This document shows, in pieces, positions 21,555 to 32,207 of a stretch of 64,000 bases of DNA. The stretch is taken from assembly GCA_948875265.1 (NCBI GenBank), contig CAQRYF010000002.1, positions 2,628 to 66,627 on the forward strand, given 5' to 3'. The notes beneath the pieces were generated by a model. It was given only the letters and a program-made list of their open reading frames with translations, did no database searches and was not told the DNA's origin. The position numbers were made by a program, and so were the translations under genes. This DNA is from an uncultured Clostridia bacterium (GTDB lineage Bacteria > Bacillota > Clostridia > TANB77 > CAG-508). Positions within the stretch are counted from its first letter, which is position 1. The number at the start of each line of letters is the position of its first letter.

Positions 21555-21708
21555 TTTTGTTTTTTGCCTCCTAATTTATTATATCTATTATTATTTTTAT
21601 ATCTTATTAAATTATTTTTACTTTGTCAACAAAAATAAGCATCAGCATATACACCAATACTTATTTTCATTTATTCTAAGATATTACAGGACAAATGGTA
21701 CAACAAAA

Positions 21709-21741
21709 ATGTCCCAAACAGAAACGTCCCCAATAGGACAT
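21709..21741. repeat. family-A palindromic repeat, inverted relative to 20773..20805
   Basis: ATGTCCCAAACAGAAACGTCCCCAATAGGACAT, directly after the pgi stop. Confidence 0.8.
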
Positions 21742-23054
21742 TAATATCCTGGCTTTTTTAATAATTTAAACATGTTTTTCTTGTATTCTTCTACTCCTGG
21801 TTGATTAAATGGATTTACTCCTAATATCATTCCAGATACAGCACATGCTTTTTCAAAGAAATATATTAATTGTCCTATGTTTATTTCGTCTAATCTATCC
21901 ATTGTAATTACGATATTTGGAACGTCTCCTGATACATGCGCTTTTATTGTTCCTTCCATCGCTTTTTTATTTACGTAATCTAATCCTTTTCCTGCTAAAT
22001 AATTTAGTCCATCTAAGTCATCATCATCTGAATTGATTGTAATATCTGTGCTTGGGTTTTCTATTGTTATTACTGTTTCAAATAAATTTCTTCTTCCTTC
22101 TTGTATATATTGTCCCATTGAATGAAGATCTGTTGTAAAGTCTACTCCTGCTGGAAATATTCCTTTTTGGTCTTTTCCTTCGCTTTCTCCAAATAATTGC
22201 TTCCACCATTCTGTGAAATAGTGCATTTTAGGTTCGTAATTTACTAATATTTCTGTATTTTTATATAATTTGTACAATATATTTCTTGCCACAGCATATT
22301 TATAACATTCATTATATTTTAGATTAGAATCATCATATCTTTCTTGTGCTATTCTTGCACCTTCCATTAATTTATCAATATCGATTCCCGCAGTAGCAAT
22401 TGGAAGTAAGCCTACTGCTGTTAATACAGAATATCTTCCACCTACATTATCCGGAACAACGAATTGTTCATATCCTTCATTATCAGCAAGTGTTTTTAAT
22501 GCTCCTTTTTCTTTATCTGTTGTTGCATATATTCTGCTTCTTGCTTCATCTATTCCATATTTATTTTCTAACATTTCTCTAAATATTCTAAATGCAACTG
22601 CTGGTTCTGTTGTTGTACCTGATTTTGATATTACATTTACTGAGAAATCTTTATTACCTATATATTCAATTAATTCATTGATATAATTAGGACTTAGATT
22701 GTTTCCAACATATAATATTTGAGGAAATTTTCTCTGTTTATCTGGTAACATATTATAAAAAGAACTTGTTAAAGACTCTATAACAGCTCTTGCTCCTAAA
22801 TATGACCCTCCAATTCCAATTACAACTAAAATATCTGATTCTTTTCTTATTTTTTTAGCAGCTTTCTTTATTCTAGCAAATTCTTTTTTATCATAATTTT
22901 TTGGCAGCTCTATCCAACCCACAAAATCCTTTTTATCATTTGCTCTTCTATGCAAATCTTTATGAATTATCTCAACTTGTTCTTTATATTCTAGAATACT
23001 TTTTTGAGTGATTCCACTATTTTTTAAGTTTAAACTAATATCTGCCATATACAT
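21741..23054 (-). CDS. pgi: glucose-6-phosphate isomerase
   Basis: PGI family conserved blocks, 437 aa. Confidence 0.9.
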   Translation of the reverse strand: MYMADISLNLKNSGITQKSILEYKEQVEIIHKDLHRRANDKKDFVGWIELPKNYDKKEFARIKKAAKKIRKESDILVVIGIGGSYLGARAVIESLTSSFYNMLPDKQRKFPQILYVGNNLSPNYINELIEYIGNKDFSVNVISKSGTTTEPAVAFRIFREMLENKYGIDEARSRIYATTDKEKGALKTLADNEGYEQFVVPDNVGGRYSVLTAVGLLPIATAGIDIDKLMEGARIAQERYDDSNLKYNECYKYAVARNILYKLYKNTEILVNYEPKMHYFTEWWKQLFGESEGKDQKGIFPAGVDFTTDLHSMGQYIQEGRRNLFETVITIENPSTDITINSDDDDLDGLNYLAGKGLDYVNKKAMEGTIKAHVSGDVPNIVITMDRLDEINIGQLIYFFEKACAVSGMILGVNPFNQPGVEEYKKNMFKLLKKPGY

Positions 23055-23198
23055 ACCTCTTTTCTTATCATTTTTCTATGGTCATTATATAAAACTTCTT
23101 ATTTTATTTCAAGTAAAATTCAAAATAAAACAAATAAATATTTCTCTTAATTAAAACTCACCTAAATCCACTTTTTCTGACAAAATACGACATAAAAA

Positions 23199-23230
23199 TG
23201 AGACAAATTGGGACTGTCCCAAGTGTCTCA
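23199..23230. repeat. divergent family-A palindrome (TGAGACAAATTGGGACTGTCCCAAGTGTCTCA)
   Basis: Between pgi and spoIIP. Confidence 0.6.
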
Positions 23231-24406
23231 TTTCATTACTTCATCCATTACTTTTGCTAAATATTTCATACTTGTTAAACATTGCTCTAGGGTGTTTCCA
23301 GTGGCTCCTACTTCTATTATATTTGCATATTTTCCTGTATGCTGATTATATCTTGAATTTGTTAACATTATTGGTTTAAATAAGCCTGGATACATTTCTT
23401 CTGCTTTTTCTTGCACTTTAATTGCAAATTTTAAATTTTGATTCCAATTTGGATGCCAAAGTCCTCCACCATTTGTTCCTATTACAAACATTATTTGTGC
23501 TGCAATATCATTTTCTCCGATTTTTACACTTGGTGCATAATCAGATCTAGATCCTATTGCATCTCTATGTAAATCTATTATTATATCTGCTTGATTGGTT
23601 TTTAATATATTTTCTACTGTTGCAAGTGAACGTGTATATGAGCCATTATATGAAGGATAGTCATGATAATTAGTATTATGTATTACATTTCTATTATATT
23701 GTTTTAATTGATTTTCTAATTCTGTTCCTACTCTTGTTACTGTAAAATTCAAATCTGTTGTTCTAAAAGTTCCTGTTGGTGTATATGAGTAATTTTGACT
23801 TGAAGTATAGCTTTCACAACTATGTGTATGGAATATTAATACATTTTTATTTTCTATTGTTATATTTGGTGTCATCATTTCTTCTGTTAGTTGATAGTTT
23901 GTTTGATTTTTTATTTTGACTTTTCCATATTGTACATTGTAATTTTCTGATATTGGATTATTTGTTACTACTTGAGTAGTAAGTCCTGTTTCAGCAACTG
24001 TTACTTGTTCTTCTTTATTTTCTTGTTGAGTTTTTGACGTGGTTGCCTGATTTTTTGCAAGTTCTATATTTTTTTCTTCTATTTTCTCTATTCCTTTTAT
24101 AGAACTTAATTGTGATTTTAATATTCCTTCTAAAAAGTCTTGATTTTTTGGTATATCATCTTCTTTAGCAATATCATTATATTCTTTATTTAAATCTGCT
24201 ACTACTGGCATTGTATGCTCTATACAATTTAACATACTATTTTGTGATAATGTTCTTACACCACTTTTTACTTCTTGTACTATTTTTTCTTCTTTTGTAT
24301 CTTTATTAAAATTTCTGCTTATTAATACTACCATTAGAACTGTGATTATTATCCCAATAAAATATTTTATTATATCTCTCATTTTTAATACTGCGACATT
24401 AAACAT
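23228..24406 (-). CDS. spoIIP: stage II sporulation protein P
   Basis: SpoIIP family blocks (IFHTHSCESY...DLHRD), N-terminal TM. Confidence 0.8.
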   Translation of the reverse strand: MFNVAVLKMRDIIKYFIGIIITVLMVVLISRNFNKDTKEEKIVQEVKSGVRTLSQNSMLNCIEHTMPVVADLNKEYNDIAKEDDIPKNQDFLEGILKSQLSSIKGIEKIEEKNIELAKNQATTSKTQQENKEEQVTVAETGLTTQVVTNNPISENYNVQYGKVKIKNQTNYQLTEEMMTPNITIENKNVLIFHTHSCESYTSSQNYSYTPTGTFRTTDLNFTVTRVGTELENQLKQYNRNVIHNTNYHDYPSYNGSYTRSLATVENILKTNQADIIIDLHRDAIGSRSDYAPSVKIGENDIAAQIMFVIGTNGGGLWHPNWNQNLKFAIKVQEKAEEMYPGLFKPIMLTNSRYNQHTGKYANIIEVGATGNTLEQCLTSMKYLAKVMDEVMK

Positions 24407-24561
24407 ATTTTTCTCCTTGTCCTAAGTCTCTTATATCTATATATATTCAATATGTTTAAATTTTATTACTAATATTTTATTGTATTTAGATTCCATACTA
24501 TTATATTAAAAAAGATTCAGTGTTTATGCTGAACCTTTAATTTTCTCTTCTTATTATGTTT

Positions 24562-24900
24562 TTATACTTTCTTCCAGAACCAATCTAAACTGTTATCAAT
24601 ACTTTTTTTACCACTTGCTTTTGCTTCTATATCATCTACCCATAAATATGAGAAAAATGTTATAAATACAAATATAAAGTCTATTACAATACATCTAGAT
24701 AATGTTGATATCATATATCTAAACTCTTCTGATAATGTAGCTATTTGTGCAACATGTATTACTAATAATACTAAATAAGCAAATAAAGTAATTGCTCCTA
24801 TATAGCTTTTTTTAATTTCTTGTGATAAGAATATTAATAATACTGTAGCTACTAACATTAATAATAAAGTTAATGGATTTGATATATCAAAAATAAACAT
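24562..24900 (-). CDS. small membrane protein (hypothetical)
   Basis: 3 TM segments. Confidence 0.5.
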   Translation of the reverse strand: MFIFDISNPLTLLLMLVATVLLIFLSQEIKKSYIGAITLFAYLVLLVIHVAQIATLSEEFRYMISTLSRCIVIDFIFVFITFFSYLWVDDIEAKASGKKSIDNSLDWFWKKV

Positions 24901-25025
24901 TTTAATTCCCCCATTTTTCTTTCGTTATTTTATAATTATATAGTATCATTATTATGTATTTAAATCAATTATTTTTATATTGTTTTTTTATTACAATTTC
25001 GTTACATTTTTGTAATATAATTAAT

Positions 25026-26390
25026 TTAAACTAACTTTTTTTCTATTAATTTTGCTATTTCTTTTGCTTTTTTTGTTATATATTCTTGATCTTCTCCTTC
25101 AATCATAACCCTTACTAATGGTTCTGTTCCAGATGGTCTAATTAATACTCTACCATTTCCCGCAAATTCTTTTTCTAATTTCTCAATTGCTAATTTTATT
25201 TCTTCATCTTTTTCATAATCATATTTTTTGTCTGAGTTTACTTTTGCATTTATTAATATTTGAGGATATAGTCTTACCAAATCTCCTAATTCAGAAGCTT
25301 TTTTATTTTCTTCTAGGATAGATTTTATTAGCATTAAAGAAGTCAGTATTCCATCTCCTGTTGGATTATAATCTAATAGGATCACATGTCCTGATTGTTC
25401 TCCTCCTAAGTTGAAACCTTCTTTTAACATTTCTTCTAAAACATATCTATCTCCAACTTTTGTTTGTAATAACTCTAATCCATTATCTCTTGCATATTTG
25501 TTAAGTCCTAAGTTACTCATAACAGTTGCAACTATAGTATCTTTGTTTAATTTTCCTTTTTTTCTTAAATTTTGAGATATAATAGCTAATAATTTGTCAC
25601 CATCAATTTCATTTCCTTTTTCATCAATAGCTAAACATCTATCTCCATCTCCATCATAGGCAATACCTAAACTTAATTTATTGTCAACAACAAATTTCTT
25701 TAGTCCTTCTAGATGTGTTGAACCACAGTTATGATTGATGTTTATTCCATCTGGACTATTGTTTATAATTTTATATTTAATTCCTAAAGCTTTAAAAACT
25801 TTTTCAGCAACTACAGATGTTGCTCCATTTGCAGTATCTATACCTACAATAAAGTCTTCTCTTATAACTTCACTAATTGCATCATCAAAATTCTTTCTAA
25901 AGAAGTATACATATTCATCTATTAAATCAAGACAATATTCTGAAACACCTATTTTATCATTTACTGCCGTTAATTCTTCTAATTTTCCAGATTCCATAAC
26001 TTCTTCTATTTCTTCTTCTAAAGTATCTGGAATTTTCATTCCTTTATTACTAAAATATTTAATTCCGTTAAATTCATATGTATTATGTGATGCAGAAATC
26101 ACAACACTTGCATCAGCATTTAATTTTCTAGTTAAATATGCAACTGCTGGAGTTGGTAATACTCCCAACAATTTTACATTTGCACCATAACTTAAGAAAC
26201 CTGCAACCATAGCACTTTCAATTAAAGTTCCAGAAATACGTGTATCTCTACCTATCAAAATTGTAGGTGTATGATCTGTATGTTTAGATAATACATATGC
26301 ACCTGCCTTTGCTACTTTATACACTAATTCTGGTGTTAACTCAGTATTTGCTATTCTTCTAATTCCATCTGTTCCAAAATATTTTCTCAT
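25026..26390 (-). CDS. glmM: phosphoglucosamine mutase
   Basis: YFGTDGIRG start, active-site SASHNP, 454 aa. Confidence 0.9.
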   Translation of the reverse strand: MRKYFGTDGIRRIANTELTPELVYKVAKAGAYVLSKHTDHTPTILIGRDTRISGTLIESAMVAGFLSYGANVKLLGVLPTPAVAYLTRKLNADASVVISASHNTYEFNGIKYFSNKGMKIPDTLEEEIEEVMESGKLEELTAVNDKIGVSEYCLDLIDEYVYFFRKNFDDAISEVIREDFIVGIDTANGATSVVAEKVFKALGIKYKIINNSPDGININHNCGSTHLEGLKKFVVDNKLSLGIAYDGDGDRCLAIDEKGNEIDGDKLLAIISQNLRKKGKLNKDTIVATVMSNLGLNKYARDNGLELLQTKVGDRYVLEEMLKEGFNLGGEQSGHVILLDYNPTGDGILTSLMLIKSILEENKKASELGDLVRLYPQILINAKVNSDKKYDYEKDEEIKLAIEKLEKEFAGNGRVLIRPSGTEPLVRVMIEGEDQEYITKKAKEIAKLIEKKLV

Positions 26391-26429
26391 AATATAACTT
26401 CCTTCCTTTTAACAATTCATTCAAATATT

Positions 26430-27248
26430 TTATTTCTTTAAAAATCCTTTTATAATATCACTAAATGAATCGCCTTTTGCCATCATCATTTTTTCTTTAA
26501 ATGTTAGTTCTATTTTATGTGGTTCTTCAATATCTATTCTCTTATTTCCTAATACTAATTTTGGATTTATCGTTGTTAATTCTTTTAATTTGTCTTCTCC
26601 AATTAATTCATTCAATTCTGATAATATTTGTGGTATTTTAGGGTATATTGTATTTTGTCTATGTACATCTGAACCAAGAAAATGTATCATATTATTTTCG
26701 AAGAATTTTTTTACTATTATTTGTGCTTTTTCTCCATATTGCCCTATTATACTTCCATAATTCGCTTGCATTAATACGCCTTTTTCTATTAAATCATATA
26801 TTAATTCTGGTTCTTTTTGTACAAAACTATATCTTTCCGGATGAGCTAATATTGGAACTATTTTGTATTGTTGCATTTCATAGATAACATCATATAAATT
26901 AAGAGGTTCAGCATTTAATGGCATTTCAAATAATACATAACTTGTATCATTTATTGTAGATGCTTTCCCTTCTTCTAACAATTTTATCATATTTTCTGAC
27001 ATATATATTTCATTACCTAAATATAGATTTACATCTATATTTTTTGCTTGTAAATTTTCATATATAGCATTTACCCAAACTTCTCTTTCAGGTGTATTTG
27101 TTTCATAATAACCTTCCATATAGTGCGAAGTGGAAACAATAGCTTCAAAACCTACCTCTTTTGCTTCTTTAATTAAATTAAATGTCTCTTCTATACTTCT
27201 TGATCCATCATCTATATTAGGTAATATATGTGTGTGAATGTCTATCAT
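26430..27248 (-). CDS. capsular tyrosine-protein phosphatase, PHP-family (CpsB/Wzh-like)
   Basis: MIDIHTHILPNIDDG metal-binding N-terminus. Confidence 0.8.
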   Translation of the reverse strand: MIDIHTHILPNIDDGSRSIEETFNLIKEAKEVGFEAIVSTSHYMEGYYETNTPEREVWVNAIYENLQAKNIDVNLYLGNEIYMSENMIKLLEEGKASTINDTSYVLFEMPLNAEPLNLYDVIYEMQQYKIVPILAHPERYSFVQKEPELIYDLIEKGVLMQANYGSIIGQYGEKAQIIVKKFFENNMIHFLGSDVHRQNTIYPKIPQILSELNELIGEDKLKELTTINPKLVLGNKRIDIEEPHKIELTFKEKMMMAKGDSFSDIIKGFLKK

Positions 27249-27276
27249 TTTGTTCTACTCCTTTTTGCTTCTTCTA

Positions 27277-28281
27277 TTATTTTAGTTTTTTCTTTTCTTC
27301 ATCTAAATATTGGTTTATTTGTTTTAATATATCATTTGTTTTTTCTATTGATATTTCATCTCTACCATCAACTTTTAAATCATTTTGTAATGCTCTTGGC
27401 ATTTCATTAGGTTTATTTTCTGTTTTTGTTAAATTTGGTCTTTGCATAGTTTTTACTGTATTAGGTCTATTAATTGCTGGTTTTCTATTTACATTTGATG
27501 TATTTTTAGTATTCATCATAGAAGATGCTCTATTATATCCATTTTTATTTGATTTCTTTGTTTGTGTTCTCATTTTGCTTGTAGAAGTTGAACCGTAATA
27601 ATAACTTTGTTCATATTTTTTAGCAGATACAGGCATTTTATTTACTACAACACCTGCTATTTTTCCTCCAACATTTTGTATATTATTAATAATTCTCTTT
27701 AAGTCTTCTTTTTTTGTTTGTTTACTTGCTGTTACAATTAATGTAGAATCTACTAATCTTGTAAGGATTAATGAGTCTGTTACTAATTGGCTTGGTGTTC
27801 CATCTATAATTATAATATCACATAATTCTTTTAATTGTTCTAACAAATCCACCATTTGTGGGGCAATTAATAGTTCAGATGGATTTGGTGGTATATTTCC
27901 TGCTGATATTAAATATAAATTTTCAACATCTGTTTCTTGTATGTAATTTGCTAAATCTTCTGATGATTCTTCATCTGCATTTACATCTACACCAGATAAA
28001 TAATTAGAAAGTCCTGGTCTTGGAGAAACTCCAAATATTGAATATTGTCTTCCTTTTCTCATATCAGCATCTATTAAAACAACTTTTTTACCAGCTTGTG
28101 CAAATGTTACTGCTAAATTTGATGAAACCCAACTTTTCCCTTCACCTGGAAGTGTAGATGTAACTAATATTGTTCTTAATTTCCCTTTTGTATTCATAAA
28201 TTGTATATTTGTTCTTAAAGTTCTAAAAACTTCTGAAATTGGAGATTTCGGATCTTGGTGTACTATTACTTCTCTTCTCAT
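27277..28281 (-). CDS. BY-kinase (CpsD/CapB-like tyrosine kinase) with N/K-rich tail
   Basis: Walker A GEGKS, Walker B VLIDADMRKG. Confidence 0.8.
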   Translation of the reverse strand: MRREVIVHQDPKSPISEVFRTLRTNIQFMNTKGKLRTILVTSTLPGEGKSWVSSNLAVTFAQAGKKVVLIDADMRKGRQYSIFGVSPRPGLSNYLSGVDVNADEESSEDLANYIQETDVENLYLISAGNIPPNPSELLIAPQMVDLLEQLKELCDIIIIDGTPSQLVTDSLILTRLVDSTLIVTASKQTKKEDLKRIINNIQNVGGKIAGVVVNKMPVSAKKYEQSYYYGSTSTSKMRTQTKKSNKNGYNRASSMMNTKNTSNVNRKPAINRPNTVKTMQRPNLTKTENKPNEMPRALQNDLKVDGRDEISIEKTNDILKQINQYLDEEKKKLK

Positions 28282-28994
28282 TATTTTCTACCTCCTCTTC
28301 CTTTTACCTTTTGTGGCTCTGCATCATATATTGGAATAGATGCTAATACTGGTAATTTAAATTCTTTTTCTACTTCTTCTGCTGTTTTTACAGTTGTATC
28401 AAGCATATTGGCTACTAATACGTATCCTGCTGCAACTACTAGTCCAACAAATGCAAATATTACAATATCCTTTTTATGATTTATATTAGATGGTGTATTT
28501 GAAATTTCCGCTTCATCTACAACTTGTACATTGTCTATATTATAAATTTCTTTTACTTTTCCTGTGAATACTTTTGCTATTTCGTTTGCTATTTTAGAAG
28601 CATATGTTGGATTTTCGTTTGTAACTGTTATTTCTATTAATTCTGTATCTTTTACAGAACTTACCTTTACATTGTTTCTTAATGAACTTTCATTAACTTC
28701 TATATTTAAATTTGATATAACTTGTCTTAATACATTTTTACTTTTTACAAGTTCACTATATGTAGATACTAGCTTTGAATTTACAGTTATATCTGTTGCT
28801 GTTATCGTATTAGCTGTAGTTTGATTATTACTAGATGATGCTAATACTAATGTTGTTGATGAACTATATTTAGGTGTTGTAAAACCTATTGTGTATATTA
28901 TTCCAATAGCAATAAAAATTAATATAATTAGTATTATTTGTACTTTTTTATTCCAAAATATATTAAACAGTTCTTTTAAATCTAATTCTTCCAT
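28281..28994 (-). CDS. capsule chain-length determinant (CpsC/Wzz-like)
   Basis: Two TM segments flanking a periplasmic domain. Confidence 0.75.
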   Translation of the reverse strand: MEELDLKELFNIFWNKKVQIILIILIFIAIGIIYTIGFTTPKYSSSTTLVLASSSNNQTTANTITATDITVNSKLVSTYSELVKSKNVLRQVISNLNIEVNESSLRNNVKVSSVKDTELIEITVTNENPTYASKIANEIAKVFTGKVKEIYNIDNVQVVDEAEISNTPSNINHKKDIVIFAFVGLVVAAGYVLVANMLDTTVKTAEEVEKEFKLPVLASIPIYDAEPQKVKGRGGRK

Positions 28995-29114
28995 ATTTCC
29001 CCCTTATTTGTTTTTCCTTCTTTTGTATTTTTATACTTTTACATTATACATTTAAGTTTGTTTTTTTGCAATATATTTAGCTAAAGTCAATATTTTTTAT
29101 TTAACCTATTTTAT

Positions 29115-30284
29115 TTAATCATCTCTGCTATATAAATCCCTTGTATATACTTTATTTTTAATACTTTTTAATTCTTCTTCCATTCTATTTGCTATAATAA
29201 TATCTGATTTTTTAGCAAATTCTTCAAAAACATTTATAATTTTACATTCATTAAATTCTTTTTCTTTTAAAGTAGGCTCATATATTATTATTTCAACACC
29301 TTCTTCTTTTAATCTCTCAATTATTTCTTGAATAGCACTTGCCCTAAAATTATCTGAATCTTTTTTCATCGTTAATCTATATATTCCAACTACTTCTGGA
29401 TTTTTTTGCATTATCATTTCAGTTATATGTCCTTTTCTTGTTCTGTTCGCTCTTACTATTGCTCTTATTATATTTTGAGGAACGTTATTAAAGTTAGCAA
29501 GTAATTGTTTTGTATCTTTAGGCAAACAATACCCTCCATATCCAAAAGACGGATTATTATAATGAGTACCTATTCTTGGATCTAAACACACTCCTTCTAT
29601 TATATCTTTTGTATTTAGACCTTTTATTTCTGCATATGTATCAAGTTCATTAAAGTAAGCTACTCTTAATGCCAAATAAGTATTGGCAAACAATTTAACT
29701 GCTTCTGCTTCTGTACTATTCATAAATTTTACAACAATATCCTCTTTTATAGCGCCTTGTTTTAAAAGTTCTGCAAATCTTTCTGCTCTTTTACTTTTTT
29801 CTCCTACTATAATTCTTGATGGATATAAATTATCATATAATGCTTTTCCTTCTCTTAAAAATTCAGGTGAAAACATAATATTATCTATATTATATTTTTT
29901 CTTCATGTTCTCTATAAATCCAACTGGTATTGTTGATTTTACAACCATTGTAGTATCTATATTCATACTTGTTACTTTTTGAATTATATCTTCCACACTT
30001 GATGTATCAAAAAAGTTCTTTTCGTCATCATAATTTGTTGGAGTACTTATTATTATATATTCTGCTCCTTGAAATGCTTGTCTATAATCTAATGTCGCCT
30101 TCAAATTTAACTGTTTAGTTTTCAAAAATTTTTCAATTTCATCATCTTTTATTGGTGAAATTTTATTATTTATCATTTCTACTTTCTCTGGGATTATATC
30201 TAATGCAACAACTTCATTATGTTGTGCTAATAATGTTGCTATTGATAAACCCACATAACCAGTTCCTGCAACTGCTATTTTCAT
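29115..30284 (-). CDS. ugd: UDP-glucose 6-dehydrogenase
   Basis: [12 protein letters not shown] Rossmann start; catalytic GGYCLPKD. Confidence 0.85.
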   Translation of the reverse strand: MKIAVAGTGYVGLSIATLLAQHNEVVALDIIPEKVEMINNKISPIKDDEIEKFLKTKQLNLKATLDYRQAFQGAEYIIISTPTNYDDEKNFFDTSSVEDIIQKVTSMNIDTTMVVKSTIPVGFIENMKKKYNIDNIMFSPEFLREGKALYDNLYPSRIIVGEKSKRAERFAELLKQGAIKEDIVVKFMNSTEAEAVKLFANTYLALRVAYFNELDTYAEIKGLNTKDIIEGVCLDPRIGTHYNNPSFGYGGYCLPKDTKQLLANFNNVPQNIIRAIVRANRTRKGHITEMIMQKNPEVVGIYRLTMKKDSDNFRASAIQEIIERLKEEGVEIIIYEPTLKEKEFNECKIINVFEEFAKKSDIIIANRMEEELKSIKNKVYTRDLYSRDD

Positions 30285-30297
30285 TTTTATCTTCCTC

Positions 30298-30781
30298 CTA
30301 ATTCCATTCTTTAAATTCATTTTCTTTTTTTTGATTATGTTTTATAATTCTTGGTTTATTCATTACTACTGTACTATTATTTGGAATATTCTCCACTATA
30401 ATACAATTTGCTCCTATTCTAACATTATTTCCAATTTTTATATTTCCTATTATTTTTGCACCTGCACCGTATATATACGTTTTCTCCTATATCGGGCGCG
30501 CCATAATTTTTACTATCTTTTAGTGTATTACTTCCAATTGTAACTTGATGAAATATAGTACATCCTTTTCCTATACTAGCACCCTTTGATATATAAATAC
30601 CAGACAATCCATGTGGTGCGATAAATTCATTTACTTTTTTGTTAATTGGTATTCCTGCATTTAACTTTCGATTAATGCTTTTACACAAAACCAAATAAAA
30701 ATAATAAAGGATTTTTATCTTCTTTTCATATTTTAAACATTTATTTCGATATTTCCAAAACTTCTTTGTTCTATCAAACAT
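30298..30781 (-). CDS. hexapeptide-repeat acetyltransferase (left-handed beta-helix), interrupted by +1 frameshift at in-frame CGG (30469..30467)
   Basis: [13 protein letters not shown]...GENVYI then +1 frame [24 protein letters not shown]. Confidence 0.7.
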
Positions 30782-32207
30782 TTTTATTTCCTTCTTTCAT
30801 TTTTATTCTTCCTACTAAATTAGCAATATATTTTATGTTGAATAATAAATATATTATTCCTCCTAACAAAATTTGTAATATAATAATTGTTATTTCACTT
30901 ACTTCTAAATATTTTACTGGATATATTAATATCATCATAAAAATCGCCTTAATCAAAAACGGACACACCTTTTTTATATTTTTCCATAAACTAATCTCTT
31001 TTATTATTGTAATAGATTGATATAGCATAACTGTTACTTCTGCAATAACTGTTGCTATACAAGCTCCTATTGCTTGAAATCTTGGTATCAATATAAGATT
31101 AATTATAAAATTTACAACTGCTCCTAATATAACAGATACTATATAAATGTTATCTTTTTCTTTTGGAATTAAATATTGCGTCCTAATGACATTTCCCCAA
31201 CTCACAAACAATGAGCTAATTGATAAAATCTGTAGTAAAATAGTTGTCCTTTTAAAATTTTCTCCTAAATAAATCGGAACGAAAGTTTCAGCTACTGTCA
31301 TAATCCCAAAGCATAGTGCACAAGATAAAAACATAATAAATTCTAATGACTTATTAATATTATTAACAAATTTGCCATTTTCATTTTGTTCAGCCATATT
31401 TGACATTCTTGGCAACATTACAGTTCCAAAAGCCGATATGATTAATACTTGTATATAGTTTATTTTTTCAGCATATTCGTAAAATCCTAATTCAGTAATA
31501 TTGCTAAGAGCTTCTATCATTATTTTATCCATCATTGTGTATATACTAACTGCTATGACAGCCACAAATAATTTTAAATTAGGTAAAAAGTGTATTTTTA
31601 TTTCATCTTTTTTTGGAATATAAAAATCAATCTGTTTTCTTAACTTAATCCACAATATCATATTTCCGACTAAGTAGCTTAAAGCCATAATTAATGTATA
31701 AACCCAAATATCATTTTTTGTTTTTACAAAATAAAAAATTAATAAAATAGTAAATATTTTAGTTATAATATTTCTTATTAATATTTTCTTGAAATCTTCC
31801 ATTCCAGAAAAATACCATGATATATCTAATATTGAAGAAAACACATAGATTAATTGTATATAAAAATAAATTTTATATGTTTCATTGGCTACAAAATTAG
31901 TATAGAGTATATAGACAATTATTGCTGCTATGGTTGTTATTACTTGCATACAATATAGTGAACAAAATAATTTACTTCTTTTTTCTTTATTTTCTTGTAC
32001 TTTTGCTATATTTCTAATTCCATAATTTTTCATTCCTAACATTGCAAATAATACAAAATATTGTGCAATAGTGTATGTGTATGAATATATTCCAGTTCCC
32101 TCTGCTCCTATCGTTCTTGAAAGGTATGGTAATAATATAAGAGGAATGATCATAATTAATATTTGATATGATAAATTGTAAATGTAATTTTTAATTAGTT
32201 TATTCAT
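30774..32207 (-). CDS. polysaccharide flippase (Wzx-like)
   Basis: ~12-14 TM segments, 477 aa. Confidence 0.7.
   Translation of the reverse strand: MNKLIKNYIYNLSYQILIMIIPLILLPYLSRTIGAEGTGIYSYTYTIAQYFVLFAMLGMKNYGIRNIAKVQENKEKRSKLFCSLYCMQVITTIAAIIVYILYTNFVANETYKIYFYIQLIYVFSSILDISWYFSGMEDFKKILIRNIITKIFTILLIFYFVKTKNDIWVYTLIMALSYLVGNMILWIKLRKQIDFYIPKKDEIKIHFLPNLKLFVAVIAVSIYTMMDKIMIEALSNITELGFYEYAEKINYIQVLIISAFGTVMLPRMSNMAEQNENGKFVNNINKSLEFIMFLSCALCFGIMTVAETFVPIYLGENFKRTTILLQILSISSLFVSWGNVIRTQYLIPKEKDNIYIVSVILGAVVNFIINLILIPRFQAIGACIATVIAEVTVMLYQSITIIKEISLWKNIKKVCPFLIKAIFMMILIYPVKYLEVSEITIIILQILLGGIIYLLFNIKYIANLVGRIKMKEGNKNV

Noticed and set aside
30486-30493. GGCGCGCC (AscI site) as a cloning scar or synthetic insertion
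   Set aside because: It is in frame within a plausible hexapeptide-protein sequence (Y-G-A-P-D-I-G) and is flanked by native-looking AT-rich coding DNA. It is more likely a chance GC-rich codon run.
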